A stretch of 64,000 bases of DNA from Heteronotia binoei (taxonomy: Eukaryota): positions 30,566,001-30,630,000 of the forward strand of contig NC_083227.1 of the NCBI RefSeq assembly GCF_032191835.1, in the 5' to 3' direction. The notes beneath the pieces were generated by a model. That model worked only from the letters and a program-made list of their open reading frames with translations, searched no databases and had not been told where the DNA came from. Position numbers and translations under genes: made by a program. Below are positions 10,518 to 24,367 of this stretch, one piece after another (the stretch's first letter is position 1; each line of letters begins with the position of its first letter).

Positions 10518-12232
10518 GCACTGGGTTTGTAAAAGAGGAAGATAATCTCCCTCCAAAAGACACTTCTCAAGCAGAATCAAATGAGATATTTATTGGAACT
10601 GACAGTATCTTTCAGCATCCCAAGATGGCAGATCAACGTGGAGAGAAAAAACAAAAAGAAAATTCCCTCAGAAATAGAATGAAAACGCTTTTATCATATA
10701 GAGGAGCAGGCAAAGAAATCGAGGAAGCTAAAATGCAAAAGACTGTATTTGGGGGAAAAAACAACCTTGGTGCACATAAAAGAAAATGTATGGAGGATAC
10801 ACTTCATCAGTGTTCCCACTGTGAGAAAACTTTCTGTAAGAAATTTCTCCTTATCGCTCATGAAAAATCTCATACAGAGGAAAAACCATATAAATGTTTA
10901 GTCTGTGGGAGAAGTTTTAGTCGAAGGTCAAATCTTGTTGAGCATGAAAAAAGCCACACAGGAGTAAAACAGCATGGATGCTTAGTCTGTGGTAAAAACT
11001 TCAATAGAAGATACCATCTTGAGGCACACATGAGAATTCACACAGGAGAAAAGCCATATAAATGCTCAGATTGTGGGAAGAGTTTCAGTTGGAAAACTTA
11101 CCTTATTGTCCACAGGAGAAACCATACAGGAGAGAAGCCGTTTAGATGCTCAGTCTGTGGGAAAAGCTTCAGTCAGAGTTCACACCTTTCTGGTCATGAA
11201 AGAAGTCACAGAGGTGAAAAACCATACCCATGCTCAGCTTGTGGGAAAACTTTTGGTAAAAGCTCACAGCTTCGTGTCCATGAGCGAATTCACACTGGTG
11301 AGAAACCATACAAATGCTCAGTCTGTGGGAAAAGTTTTAGGCATAAATCAAGTGTGGTTACACACAGGAGGATTCATATGAAAGAAAGTCCGTCTGTGCC
11401 CTCCATTTTTCCCACCAGCTTTAGATGTGAAAATATACAGGAAGATGAAAATCCATATACATGCTCAGTCTGTGGAAAAACCTTTGGTAATAAATCAATC
11501 CTTAGTACCCATGAGCTGATCCATACAGGAGAAAAACCATATACATGCTCAGTCTGTGGTAAAAACTTCACTCAGAAATCATCTGTTATAAGACATGAAA
11601 AAGTTCATTCACCAAAGAAGCAATATAAATGCTCAGTCTGCAGTAAAAACTTCAGTGGTAAAATGCATCTAGTTAAGCACACAAGAGCCCATTCGCGAGA
11701 AAACACACACAAATGTTCTACCTGTGGTAGCAGCTTCAATCAAAGATCAGACCTTATTGTACATGAAAAAATTCACACAGGAGTCAAACCATATACATGT
11801 TCAATCTGTGGGAAAAGTTTCAACCAAAGATCTCAGTATAGCCAGCATGCTAGAGTTCATAAAGAAGGAAAACCACATATGTGTTCATTCTGTGGTAAAT
11901 GCTTCAACCGCCAATCTTACTTCATCAGGCACGAAAAAAGTCACACACAAGAGAAACCATATGCATGCTCTTTGTGCGGTGAAAACTTCAGCTGCAGGAC
12001 CCACCTTATAACACACAAGAGGAGTCACAGAGGAGCTGTACCATTAGCATGCTCAGTCTGTGGTAAGAGTTTCAGTTGTAAAGCACACCTTGCTGTTCAT
12101 GAGAGAATTCACACAGGAGAGAAACCCCATTCATGTTCTGTCTGTGGTAAAAGTTTCGCTCAAAGGTCAAATTTGACTTGTCATGAAAGAATCCACAGAG
12201 AAAAGAAAAATGTCTCATGTCTTCCTAAATAA
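10518..12232 (+). CDS. Gene A terminal exon: spacer plus 16 C2H2 zinc fingers (7 + 9)
   Basis: Acceptor tttgtttcttccaatag| (phase 1). Uninterrupted frame with 16 CxxC...HxxxH units and TGEKP-type linkers. Stop taa at 12230-12232. Confidence 0.95.
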
Positions 12233-12626
12233 CACAAGGACAAAGAACTTCCACAGCCAGCAACATGTACTGGTTAGACTAGAGGATGAGATTAGAACCC
12301 GATTCAAATCCTCACTCTCCCAAGGAAGCTTGCTGTATGACATAAGAACATAAGAGAAGCCATGTTGGATCAGGCCAATGGCCCATCCAGTGCAACACTC
12401 TGTGTCACACAGTGGCCAAAAAATGTCATTGAGTTAGTCGCTCTCTGAGAATCTATAATATGGTTTCATCACCGAACAGTAAGTGTTCACATGGAGCATG
12501 TGCTTTGAAGTGGTTGAGGGGAGAGCGACTGAGAAATTAATGCATGTCCTTAATCTCTGAGGAAGAAGACAAGCAGTGTCCCTTGACCTTTCAGATGTGG
12601 GCATGAAATAACAAAATAATTCTTAG

Positions 12627-13214
12627 CTGAGGTGTCAAACATGTGGCCCAGGGGCCAAATCAGGCCACTGGAGGGCTCCTATCAGGCCCCTGAGCAACTG
12701 GCTTTCATCTGCTTCGTTCTCCCTCTCTCTTGCTTCCTTCTGCAGCACAGCATGCTTTGCCAGTCTTGCTCAATTGCACAGGAGCTACAGAGTGAAGCCT
12801 CTATCTTCTCCATTGGCTGAGGCTTCTCCGTTGCCATGCTCTCTCAATCACACAACAGAGCTACTGAGCCGAGCCTGTCTTCCTTCTATTGGCTGAGGTC
12901 CTCCCCCTCCTCAGTCTCCTGGGGAAGGAAGGAAAGAGCCAGAACTTCCTTTGTCTAGTTCCTGGAATCCCATGGGAGAGATACAAAGAAAGCACCTTTA
13001 AGACCATGTGCTAATGTTTTAACCATGTTTTATTTTTAAGGGTTTTTTAAAAAAAATTACTTAATTGTGTTGGTCTGTGTCTTTTATAAAGTTTATATCT
13101 CTGCTACCTAATCTTAAATAGGAACACACATGGCCCAGCCTGATATGGCCATGCCCATCAAAGTCTCATTTATTTCAGATCCAGCCCTCGTAACAAATTA
13201 GTTTGACACCCCTG
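12627..13214. mobile_element. hAT/Charlie-like MITE
   Basis: ctgaggtgtcaaac...gtttgacacccctg termini. Flanks attcttag / atttatag. Confidence 0.7.
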
Positions 13215-14361
13215 ATTTATAGTACTTTCCTTGCTGAGGTACATCGTTTTGAGACCATTCATTTCAGTGGACTTAGATGGGTGTAACTCTGCATATGGCA
13301 CTATTAGTGGACCACTAACCCATCTCTGAAGTTAACGTAGTAGGAATCTCCCTGGTGAACTGTACCATTGAACAATTACGCACACATTTCATGATTTAAA
13401 ATAGTGTTTGTGGTAAATAGCCTGGTTTCAGTTGTCTTTAAAATCAAATGAAGGACAAATAAGTCCCTTTACAATTTCCATCTTTAGGTTTGAAATTTTA
13501 TCCATCTAGGGTTTTTTTTAAAGAAATCCTAATGTATTTTTTAATACAAGATATACAAAAGAACACTTGTCAGATTGACCAAAGATTTAACTTGAGAACT
13601 GTATTAAGGATAATGTATTATACAGTGCCTTGGCATTGTAAAACATGCAGTTTTATGAATCCAATAATATTTTTTGCAAACAATTTTAATTAAATGAGAT
13701 AGTTTCTATAAGATTGCAGTGGGACTAGTTCTGCTTCGGTGTTGTTAAGAGGTTGAAGGTATGTTGTAACCGGTATCAAATAGGTTCCTCTGCACAGTGA
13801 TTTCTTGCTTGCAAATTGTGACTAATTATGTAACAGAAATTAATCAGATAGCTTTTGGTGAAGGTATGGTATCTATGAAAGCTATTTGTCTCTTAGCAAG
13901 TGCGCTATTGGAGGAACCAATGTCATCTCACATGCATCTCACCCACTGCTGCGTAGTTTTCTTCAGAGGAAGAAGGAACAGCAAAAAAAAATTTCTGCTG
14001 TTGATGAAATTAGGGGAGCTGAACTGCCCTGAAGCTTCTCCTTTGGCTGCCTCTGTCCAGGCAGACTTGAGGGACTGAGCTATGCAACATGGGGACACAG
14101 GCCTAAACTACATAGAGGCCTGAAATTCCATGACGAGCTCCAGGTCTGTCTTTTGGCCCTAGAAAAGCAACTTTGTCACACTACATATAATTAACTTGTC
14201 AAATTCCCTACTAAAAATGGCAACAATAGTAACCAGATGGCCATTGGTTCTGTTATAGAGCTTCCACTTTGCATGTGGAAGGATTCTGAGTTCAAGTTTC
14301 TGATTACAAGGATCCCAGGAAACCGGTAATGGGAAAGACCTTTACTGAAATAATAATACAA

Positions 14362-14863
<502 letters not shown>

Positions 14864-15269
14864 GTCTGATGCATAACCATTGGTCTCGTCTCCCCCCCCC
14901 CCGCCGCCCCCTCCACACACACTGCACAAGAGAAACTTTAGAAGCACTCATCAGGCAGGTACCCATTCCTTCCCTCCAACCTTTGGAGACAAAAGGAATT
15001 CAAGATTGCTAAGGAACAGGGCATGGAATATGTCACCCTATGATAATTGGGATAGAGCATGAAAGGACTGATAAGACCCCAAAGCTACAAAAAGGTTGCT
15101 GGATTACTTTGGCTCCTAATGTATTAAGCTGCAAAAACTTAGTATTTCTGTAATAATTCAGAACCAACTAGATTTCTGGGATATAAAGTTTTGAGAGTCA
15201 AAGCTCCTTTTGCTAAAAAGCGGGGGGGGGGGGGGGGAGTATCAGTACTCACATACGAGTATGCTTCAC

Positions 15270-15400
15270 ATATATGAAGAACTGTGCATGCACATGAAAG
15301 CTTATACCCAAAATTAAACTTTGTTGGTCTTAAAGGTACTACCGGACTCAAACTTTGTTGCTTCAGAAAACACAACTACCCACCTGACTCTGTCTTCACA
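15270..15400 (+). mobile_element. Penelope-like terminal fragment
   Basis: atgaagaactgtgcatgcacatgaaagcttataccc...ttggtcttaaaggtactaccggactc. Confidence 0.65.
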
Positions 15401-15727
15401 TATCTGAATAATTGTTTCAACAACCCAGTAGGGTAGGACACTTGGTACTGGGAGCAATGTCTAGTGAATTAAATCAACTGAAACTGGATTTGAACATAAG
15501 AGAAGCCATATTGGATCAGGCCAGTGGCCCATCTAGTCCAGTGCTCTCTCACACAGTGGCCATGCTAAACAAAGCTACATGTTTTTAAGGTGTAACTTGA
15601 TATAGGATAACACTGTTGGTCTACCAAAGGATGACCCTAGTTTTTTAAAAAAATATATAAATGCAGGTTCTTTTTTAAAAAAATTATGGGTGGCAGTCTG
15701 TTTGCCCTGAACCAGGAAGGAATGTTT

Positions 15728-16200
15728 CTTAATTTATTTTATTGGATTTATATCCCACTCTCCCCGCCAAAGCAGGCTCAGGGCGGCTCACAGGCCAATG
15801 ACAGTGTAAAAACGTACAGCATTATAAAACAAAAGCATAAAAATATTAAACATAACAGGTGCTATTTCATTCATAAAAGAATTAGCTAAGCAATATCCAG
15901 GGTTATTTTGTTGCCACAGTTTGCACCCGGTGGTCTGGCGATCTTATATATAAGTTGTTTCTACAGTTTACTCGGTCCGGTTCCATAATCAGTTGAATAC
16001 CAGATGGAATAATTCAGTCCTGCAGAACTGAGAGAGGTCCCACAAGGCCCTAATGTCATCAGGGAGTTTGTTACACCAATAGGGTGCAGCTTTGGAGAAG
16101 GCCCTGGCTCTAGTAATTTTTAGCCTGGCCACTTTCAGGCTTCAGCCCAGAATCAATAAGAGATTTTGTGTTCCTGAATGTAATACCCTCTGGGGAATAT
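15728..16200 (-). mobile_element. L2 LINE 3' fragment
   Basis: tttattttattggatttatatcccactctcccc...ggctcagggcggctcac tail (reverse complement), followed by decayed ORF2-like sequence. Confidence 0.55.
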
Positions 16201-16257
16201 ATGGGGAATAACGGTCCCTAAGGTAGGCAGGAATTATTGTTTTACTGACATAAAAAT

Positions 16258-16536
16258 GCAAGAAGAAGAATTGCAGATTTATACCTCGCCCTTCTCCCTG
16301 AATCAGAGACTTAGGGCGGCTTACAATCTCCTACGTTTTCTCCCCCCACAACAGACACTCTGTGAGGTGGGTGGAGCTGAGAGGGCTCTCACAGCAGCTG
16401 CCGTTTCAAGAACAAGTCCTGAGATAGCTTTGGCTAACCCAAGGCCATTCCAGCAGGTGCAAGTGGAGGAGTGGGGAATCAAACCTGGTTCTCCCAGATA
16501 AGAATCCACACACTTAACCACTACACCAAACTGTCC
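16258..16536 (-). mobile_element. tRNA-derived SINE with L2-type tail and (AAG)n end
   Basis: aagaagaagaattgcagatttatacc...cacttaaccactacaccaaactg. The family recurs at 19395, 27940, 29116, 33157 and 35843. Confidence 0.8.
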
Positions 16537-16582
16537 TTCCCCCTCCTCTTTCTTTGTGGAAAAAAGGCAGAAGAGTATAGCC

Positions 16583-16777
16583 TAGGGGTGGCCAAACTCG
16601 CTTAATGTAAGAGCCATATAGAAGAAATGTCAGATGTTGTAGGAAGGAAGAAAGGCAAATAGATGGGGGAGAGGTGAGGAAAAAAGTAACTTTAAATGCA
16701 TTATCCAAGCTGCCAACTGGTGGGTGCTTTGAGAGCCACACAATATGTGTGAAAGAGCCACAGTTTGGCCACCCCTG
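16583..16777. mobile_element. hAT/Charlie-like MITE
   Basis: taggggtggccaaact / agtttggccacccctg TIRs. Perfect 8-bp TSD GTATAGCC. Confidence 0.9.
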
Positions 16778-16947
16778 GTATAGCCCAATCTTGTCAGATC
16801 TCAAAAGCTAACCAGGGTCCATACTTGGATGGGAAATAATCAAGGAAGGCAATGGCAAACCACCTCTGCTTCTCTCTTGCCTTGAAAGCCCCTTTGCTGG
16901 GGTCGCTGTAAGTTAGCCGCAACTTGATGGCACTTCACACACACATA
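16778..16947 (+). mobile_element. 5S rRNA-derived SINE
   Basis: gcccaatcttgtcagatctcaaaagctaaccagggtc...tacttggatggg, then aggcaatggcaaaccacc and a (CA)n tail. Confidence 0.75.
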
Positions 16948-17763
16948 AACACACTCCTTTGAGAATTTAAAGCCCTCCCCCAGACCCAGTTTTGTTGGCT
17001 CCTGTTTTGAAGGAAGAGTTTTAAGGAAATGAAGCAATCTGCATACAGTCGTGGGGTGGCAGTTTCCCCCACCCTTCTGTGTTGTCATCTGTTGTTTTTG
17101 GTGAGGAAAGGGGAATATATGTTGCATTTAGAGATCTTAAGGGCTTCCCTGTATATTGATCGTGGTCTTTCACATCAGCTACTCACTGCCTACTCCTTTT
17201 TTAAAACTGGAGCTGCCAGAACAGAACCTGAGACTTTCTGCCTGCAAAACAGATGGTCTACCACGGAGCCATCCTGTGCAAAATGCCATTTAATTGCTTC
17301 TCTATATATCCTCTTGATGTTAAAAATAAAAAAGGCAGCAAATGAAGGTAGTTTTGCTAATCTTGGAGGCATAAGGAGGCAGGTCCCCAGGAGATCTTCT
17401 AGCTGAAGCCAAATCACTATTGATTTATAAGTGAAACTGTGGCATCCCTTGGGCATACCAGAAATAAGAGAATTAATTTAGAAAGGGCACGTAATAGAAA
17501 ATTGTTCCAGGGGATTGGCATGGAGATACGAGTTGGAAGTGACAAGTTAATTTGGGGGTTGACTGGGAAGTTCCTATACCTGCAAGCTCAGTAAGGAACC
17601 AGATTTCACCTTGTTAGGTAGGGATATCAGATCTGTGTTGGAAAATACCTGGAGACTTTGGGGGTGGATCCATGAGAGGGTGGGATTTGGATAGGGGAGG
17701 GGCGTCAGTATGGTACAGTGCCATAGAGCCCACCCTTTAAAGTAGCCATTTTCTCCAGGGAAT

Positions 17764-18203
17764 AGGGCTGCCAATCCCCAGGTGGGGGCAGGGTATCCCC
17801 TGGTTTGGAGGCCCTCCCCCTGCTTCAGGGTCATCAGAAAGCAGAGGAGGTGAGTGGAGGGAAATGTCTGCTAGGCACTTCATTATTCACCATGGAGACT
17901 GATTCCCATAGGAAATAATGGAGAATTGATCTGCAGGTATCTGGGACTCTGGGGGGGGGCTGTTTTTTTAGGTAAAGGCACTAAACTTTCAGTATAGCAT
18001 CCAGTGCCTCTCCCTAAAATACCCCCTAAGTTTCAAAAAGATTGGATCAGGGGGTCCAATTCTATGAGCCCCAAAAGAAGGTGCCTCTATCCTTCATTAT
18101 TACCTATGGAAGGAAGGCATAAGAACATAAGAGAAGCCATGTTGGATCAGGCCAACAGCCCATCCAGTCCAACACGCTGTATCACACAGTGGCCAATAAT
18201 TTT

Positions 18204-18241
<38 letters not shown>

Positions 18242-18540
18242 TATATACACACTGTGGCTAATAGCCACTGATGGACCTCTGCTCCATATTTTTATCTAAC
18301 CCCCTCTTGAAGCTGGCTATGCCTGTAGCCGCCACCACCTCCTGTGGCAGTGAATTCCACATGTTAATCACCCTTTGGGTGAAGAAGTTTAAAGTTTAAG
18401 GCATTTAAATAGGAGTGTGGCCCCTTTTAAATGTGATGGCCAGAACTCCCTTTGGAGTTCAATTATGCTTGTCACACCCTTGCTCCTGGCTCCACCCCCA
18501 AAGGTCCCAGATATTTCTTGAATTGGACTTGGCAACCCTA
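17764..18540. mobile_element. hAT-Blackjack-like MITE (AGGGTTGCCA termini) interrupted by a CR1 fragment at 18118-18388
   Basis: tagggctgccaatcccc...ggacttggcaacccta. The internal CR1 tail is flanked by aaggcat duplicates. Paralogs at 22765-23262, 23915-24232 and 50054-50410. Confidence 0.75.
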
Positions 18541-19394
18541 CCAGGGCAGCTGATTCTGCCAGCTGGAGATCAGTTGTAAAAGCAAATCTCCAGGACTCAC
18601 CTGGAGAGTGCAATCCTAAACTTAGGTATATGTATAGTGGTGGGGGAGGCAGCCCAATGCACAGAAGTACTTTCCCTTGCTCCACCTCCAAAGCACCTAA
18701 AGTGCAAATAATAAATAGGCCTTCCAGTGAAACAGGTTCATCTTGCACACCTACGTTCCTTGCCTGTAGGGCAAGATGATTCTTACATTCTATTTGGGTT
18801 ATTCATTCCTTCTGTTCACAGAACACAAAGACCAGAAATATTTTACTATATTTTATCAAATAGCAGAAAGGGAATAAGAAAGGAAATAGCAGAAAGGGAA
18901 TAAGCTACTTCAGTGTTTAATATTTCATGTTTAATATTTATGCTTCCAAACTGCCAGAAATAAACATATATTATGCAAAGTATTGACAGATAAGGAACAA
19001 AAAACTCAAAACCACACACTTATGTTTCATTTATTCCAGTTGTAGGACAGAATTTTTAGTGCAGAAGTCACACAGAGTTCACATGTCATGCACTTCCTTC
19101 CGTCTTCCATTTCGAATGAATAGAGGCCTACTTAAATTACTTCCGTTTAACAGATTCAGTTTTTTCCTTTTTAATTTCCTGTTCTTTGGGAGGAAATTAA
19201 GCAAGGTGAAGAGAGGGAAAAAATAGGTTGTCCCTCATTGTATGGTGCCAACTCTAGAAATTCCTGGAAACTTGGGGTGGAGTCTATGGAAGGTGGGGTT
19301 TGGGAAGGTGGGGACCTCAGTGTGGTATAACGCCACACCACAGTCCTCCCCCCAAAATGACCATTTTCTCCAGCAGAACTGATCTCTGTAGTCA

Positions 19395-19670
19395 GGAAGA
19401 AGAAGAGATTGGATTTATAACCTGCCCTTCACTCATAATCTCAAAGTGGTTTACAGTCTCCTTCCCTTCTCCTTTCCACAACAGACACCCTGTGAGGGAG
19501 GTGGGGCTGAGAGGGCCCATACAGAAACTTGTCTTGAGAGAACAGCTCTGCTGAGAATTTGTGGCTGACCCAAGGTCACACCAGCAGCTGCATGTGGAAG
19601 AGTAGGGAATCAAACATGGTTCTCCCAGATTGGAGTCTGCACACTTAACCACTATACCAGACTGGCTCTC
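19395..19670 (-). mobile_element. tRNA-derived SINE (L2-tail family)
   Basis: gaagaagaagagattggatttata...cacttaaccactataccagactggctctc. Inserted into a tagggttg-type MITE starting near 19222. Confidence 0.8.
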
Positions 19671-20514
19671 CAGATCACCTATAATTCAAGGATATTGTTT
19701 GTTCATTAAAATGATCAGGGCAGGGGTCATTTTGTAGAAAAAGAGGTGCTGCAGCTCATTAGCACAAATCATTTACATATGCCACACACCCCTGACATCA
19801 CCGAAAGGTGTACTAAATTATATCAGCTCAGCATCTACTTTAAAATGCTTCCTGAATTATATTGTCATAATAAAACCTTACTCCCATCATACTTTTTAAA
19901 TTGCTTTCTCCTACGTGGCCACAGTGGCATGATGAAAATTTCTATCTGTCTGTTTTATATGTTGTGGTTATTTTCCCATTTTTTCGTGGGGGAAAATATG
20001 TTTGTCAGATTTTAGAGTTCAGCAACATTCTCACTGAAGGTTTTGAACAGTGGAGCCCAAAAGCAATTTTTGAGGAAGGAGGGTAAGAAAGAAAGAGCAC
20101 AATAAAATTGAGAGGTACCGAAGTTCCACTCCTGTGAGCTCCTACCCAAAATGAGGCCTGGATCAGGGCCTACTCTTCTCCAGCCCAATCCAGGGCACAT
20201 TTGAGAGATGAAAGATGATATGATTGAACAGGATAGCTCTTAAGAGTAAACATAGACTTCATTCCCTGAATGTGTGAACAATACTGATATAAGACATCCT
20301 ATTCTTGGACAAAACCTTCAACAGTAATGCAGTGCTGTTGTCTCTCCTTGACATAAAAATACAGTGCCATGCCAGCTGATAGACAGCCTAGAGCTGGTAG
20401 ATTCAATATGTCTCTGGGAGGGTCTGGCTCAGAGTACAAACCTGTTCCCACCTACCCCACCATCTGTTATGAACCTTTTTTCTTGCATGGGAGGGAAGGA
20501 AGCAACAAATCAAA

Positions 20515-21022
20515 GAATTATAGACTTGGAAGGGACCTCCAGGGTCATCTAGTCCAACCCTCTGCATAATGCAGGAATGCCACAAATACCTTCCCTACAC
20601 ACATACTTTCCCAGTGACTCCTGCTCCAAGCCCAGAAAATGGCAAAAACTTCTAGGATCCTTTGCCAAACTGGCATGGAGAAAAATTGCTTCCTGACCCC
20701 AAAGTGTCAATCAGCATTTCAGTGGACACGTAAGAAAAGATCACAAGAACTAAGCACTGATGCAATCCTTCCTGCCCTCCTTCTCATGATATCCCTAACT
20801 TCATAGGATCAGCACTGCTGTCAGATTGCCATCTAGCCGCTGTTTAAAAACCTCCAAATCAGGAAAGCCCACCACCTTCCGAGGAAGCCTGTTCCACTGA
20901 GGAACAGCTCTGTCAGGAGGTTCTTCCTAATGTTGAGCTGGAAACTCTTTTGATTTAATTTCAACCCGTTGGTTCTGGTCCAACCTTCTGGGGCCACAGA
21001 AAACAATTCTGCACCATCCCTC
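20515..21022 (-). mobile_element. CR1 LINE 3' fragment (second family)
   Basis: tagacttggaagggacctccagggtcatctagtccaaccc...ttctggggccacagaaaacaattc. Paralogs at 30803 and 38495. Confidence 0.8.
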
Positions 21023-21173
21023 CCCCTCCATTTTATTCAAACCCTGAATGGTAGGTAAAGCTGAGAGAGACTGACAGGCCCAAAGTCACCCAGTGAGCTT
21101 CCATATCAGAGTGGGAATTGGAACACGGGTCTCCTAAATCCTAGTCAGCACTTTAACCATGCAAACTCTAAAC

Positions 21174-21439
21174 CAGGGGTGGCCAAACTGTGGCTCGGGA
21201 GCCACATGTGGCTCTTTCACACATATTGTGTGGCTCTTGAACCCCCACCACCTCATCAGCTGGCAGCTTGGAGAATGCATTTAAAGTTGGTTCCTTTCTA
21301 CCACTCTTCCTTTCCCCTCCCCATCTATTCTCCTTCCTTCCTGCGGCTCTCAAACATCTGACATGAATGTCTTGCAGCTCTCAAACATCTGACATTTATT
21401 CTATGTGGCTCTTACATTAAGCAAGTTTGGCCACCCCTG
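21174..21439. mobile_element. hAT/Charlie-like MITE
   Basis: caggggtggccaaact / agtttggccacccctg. Perfect 8-bp TSD CTCTAAAC. Confidence 0.9.
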
Positions 21440-21542
21440 CTCTAAACCTTTCCCACTCTTTGTTTCTAGATAATGTCAGTGCTGTACATTCTATTAAAGT
21501 TCAGAGCTCTCATCTGACATTTTTCACAACAAACAGGGAATA

Positions 21543-22687
21543 TTAAGGGGTTTCGCTGGAATGGGTCCGCTCGTGTATCCCGAGGTGTGATCTCTGGTTG
21601 AAGCTCTTTCCACAGTCAAAGCATTTATATGGCTTCTCCCCTGTGTGGCTTCTCTCGTGGATGATGCTGTAGGAGCGTTGGTTGAAACTCTTCCCACAGT
21701 GCGAGCATTTGTATGGCCTCTCCCCTGTGTGGATCCTTTTGTGTTCAATGAGAGCTGAGCTCCGGCTGAAGCTTTTCCGGCAGTCCAAGCAGTTGTAGGG
21801 TTTTTCACCAGTATGCATCCTCTCGTGCCTGATCAGGTGTGACTTCTGCCTGAAGCGTTTCCCACAGTCACAGCATTCATATGGCTTCTCCCCTGTGTGT
21901 GTTCTCTCATGTTGACTTAGGCTGGACCTAAAGCAGAAGCTTTTTCCACACTGGGGACATTTATACGGTTTTTCTCCTGTGTGAATTCTTTGATGCTTAA
22001 TCAGCTTAGAGCTCTCATTGAAAGACTTCCCACAGTCCGCGCAAGCATAAGGTTTCTCTTCCGAATGAGACCGCTCATGTTTAATGAGGCTTGACCGGTG
22101 ATTGAAACACTTTCCACAGTCCTGGCATTTGTAGGGCTTCTCATCAGTGTGGATTATTTTATGTGTCATCAACCAAGAGCTCTGGCTGAAGCATTTGCCA
22201 CAGTCTGAGCATTTGTATGGTTTCTCCCCTGTGTGGGTTCTCTTGTGGGCCATGAGGTTTGCCCTGCGGTTGAAGCTTTTCCCACAGTCTGAACACCTGT
22301 ACGGTCTCTCTCCTGTGTGAGTTCTCTCGTGTGTAATGATGTGAGATCTCTGGCTGAAGCTTTTCCCGCATACTGAACATTTGTAGGGTTTTTCTCCCGT
22401 GTGAGTTCTCTCATGTCTGATAAGGTAGGATTGCTGTTTGAAATCTTCCCCACAAAAAGAACATGTGTACAACTTGTCTCCCAGGTCTACTTTTTGACAA
22501 TTCAAGCTGTCAAAGCTCTCTTGGAAGCTTCTTGCACAATGTGATTCTTCCACATAAAGAAGGGCTCTTCTCGATATTTCCCCAGGATGAGTTACATCCT
22601 CTTTCAATGATTCCCCGTTGACTACCACTTGCTGCGGTCTTTCCAGCAGATGATTTGCCTCGCTTTCATTCATTTGCACATTAACTG
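21543..22687 (-). CDS. Gene B terminal exon: spacer plus 11 C2H2 zinc fingers
   Basis: Minus-strand acceptor ttctttgtttcttccag| (ctg at 22688-22690), phase 1. 11 intact fingers from YTCSFC to HERTH. Stop at 21543-21545. Confidence 0.95.
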
Positions 22688-22764
22688 CTGGAAGAAACAA
22701 AGAATCATGAAATGGGTGCAAGAGAAGTAAGGAGATACATAGGGAAAAAAACATATTATAAATA

Positions 22765-23262
22765 GGGTTCCCAAGTCTAATTCAAGAAATATCTGGGGAC
22801 TTTGGGGATGGAGCCAGGAGTAAGATTGTGACAAGCATAATTGAACTCCAAAGGGAATTCTGGCCATCTCATTTAAAGGGACCACACACCTTTTAAATGC
22901 CTTCCCTCTGTTGGATAGGGGCATCTTCTTTGGGGGCATCTTCTTTGAAGGATAGGGGCATCTTCTTTGGGGGCTCATAGAATTGGACTCCTTGGTCCAA
23001 TCCTTTTGAAACTCAGAAGGTGTTCTGAGGAGAGGCAGTGGATGCTCTGCTGTAAATTTGGTGCCTCTACTTCAAAAGACAGCTCCCCAGAGCTTCAGAT
23101 ATCCATAGATCAATTCTCTATTATATTCTATGGGAATTGATCTCCAAAGGGAATAATGGAGTGCCCAGCAGATATTTCCCTCCCCCCACCATTTCTGATT
23201 ACCCTGAAGTGGTGAGAGGGCCTCCAAACTGAGGGATCTCCTGTCCCCACCTGGGGATTTGG
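22765..23262. mobile_element. hAT-Blackjack-like MITE
   Basis: agggttcccaagtctaattcaagaaatatctgggg...cccccacctggggatttgg. Same family as 17764-18540. Confidence 0.75.
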
Positions 23263-24252
23263 TAAGACAAAAGAAACACCGCATACCAAATGTAGCAATA
23301 TAAGTGCGCATGCACTCTTTTACTCAAACACTTTAGCAAAATAATTCTTAAATGTCCTTTAAAGCAAAAGAGCAGAAACTCAAATTTTAAAGATTGTCAT
23401 GTACATAGAATCTGCTGTCTCCTCTTCCTTCTGTTGAAAGACGCAGATGGACTCGACTGCTCCTCTTTGAAGAGTAATTCAACAGGTGTAGTGGTGGCGA
23501 CACGAGTCCTAGGTTCAAATTCATGTTTCCTTTACACTTCCTCTGGCCGCAATTTTACACTCCAGAACCCGTGCTTTAAGGCAACAGGTCACAGTCTAGG
23601 TCAGACAAAAGCTTAGCCGATACTCAGTCTGTCAATCTTAGTCATATATAGGTAACATCTTTTAAGTACCTGCCTGTATAACAATCATTTTCAGACAGTG
23701 TTTGTGGGAGTCATATCAAGCTTTCCTCAAGGGAAGATCAATGAGGGCAGAAAAGCTTCCCAGAGAGATTACCAGATTGCAGGGCAGGGTTCAGCAACTT
23801 TCGTCAACAACCTTTATTTCTACAAGGCAGATCTCAGAGCACAAAGCAAAATAACCAAAAGGAGAGTTACTGACTTGGTATTTACAGTCTGTGGCATATC
23901 TGGCCTTAGATACCATGGGTACCCGGGGCTCGGTGGGGGGGCTGTTTTTTGAGGTAGATTCACCAAATTTTCAGCATAGCACCTGATGCCTCTCCTGAAA
24001 ACACTCTCCAAGTTTCAAAAAGATTGGACTGGGGTTCAATTCTATGAGCCTCAAAGGAAGGTGCCCCATCCTCCATTATTTCCAATGGAGGAAAGGTATT
24101 TAAAAGGCATGTGGCCCCTTTAAATGTGATGGCCAGAACTCCCTTTGGAGTTCAATGATGCTTCTTACACTGTTGCTCCTGGCTCCACCCCCAAGGTCCC
24201 CAGATAGTTCTTGAACTTGACCTGGCAACCCTAGTAGTTTGCATTGCGCTAC

Positions 24253-24367
24253 CTGACAGGAAACAGAGATTTCTTTTAGCTGCTTCTATTATGGGATGCT
24301 GCTGGAGCAACAGGGATGAGCATCCAGTAGAGTTCATAAGGATGTCTGGCAGACATTGGCTTTTCTG
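24253..24367 (-). CDS. Candidate internal exon of gene B (possible highly degenerate KRAB-A-like exon)
   Basis: Acceptor atatctgcag|, donor TCAG|gtagcg. 115 bp, phase 0 to 1, the same size and phase as gene C's degenerate exon. QKSQCLPDILMNSTGCSSLLLQQHPIIEAAKRNLCFLS. Confidence 0.4.

Noticed and set aside
11073-12011. Alternative-frame and antisense ORFs over ZF exons (also 21524-22453, 40516-41638, 53170-54963, 59857-60965)
   Set aside because: Expected shadow ORFs of repetitive C2H2 coding sequence, with no independent motifs or splice support.
23410-23530. Possible minus exon HEFEPRTRVATTTPVELLFKEEQ... for gene B
   Set aside because: It can be made phase-compatible, but the acceptor is purine-rich and the donor (gtacat) is weak.
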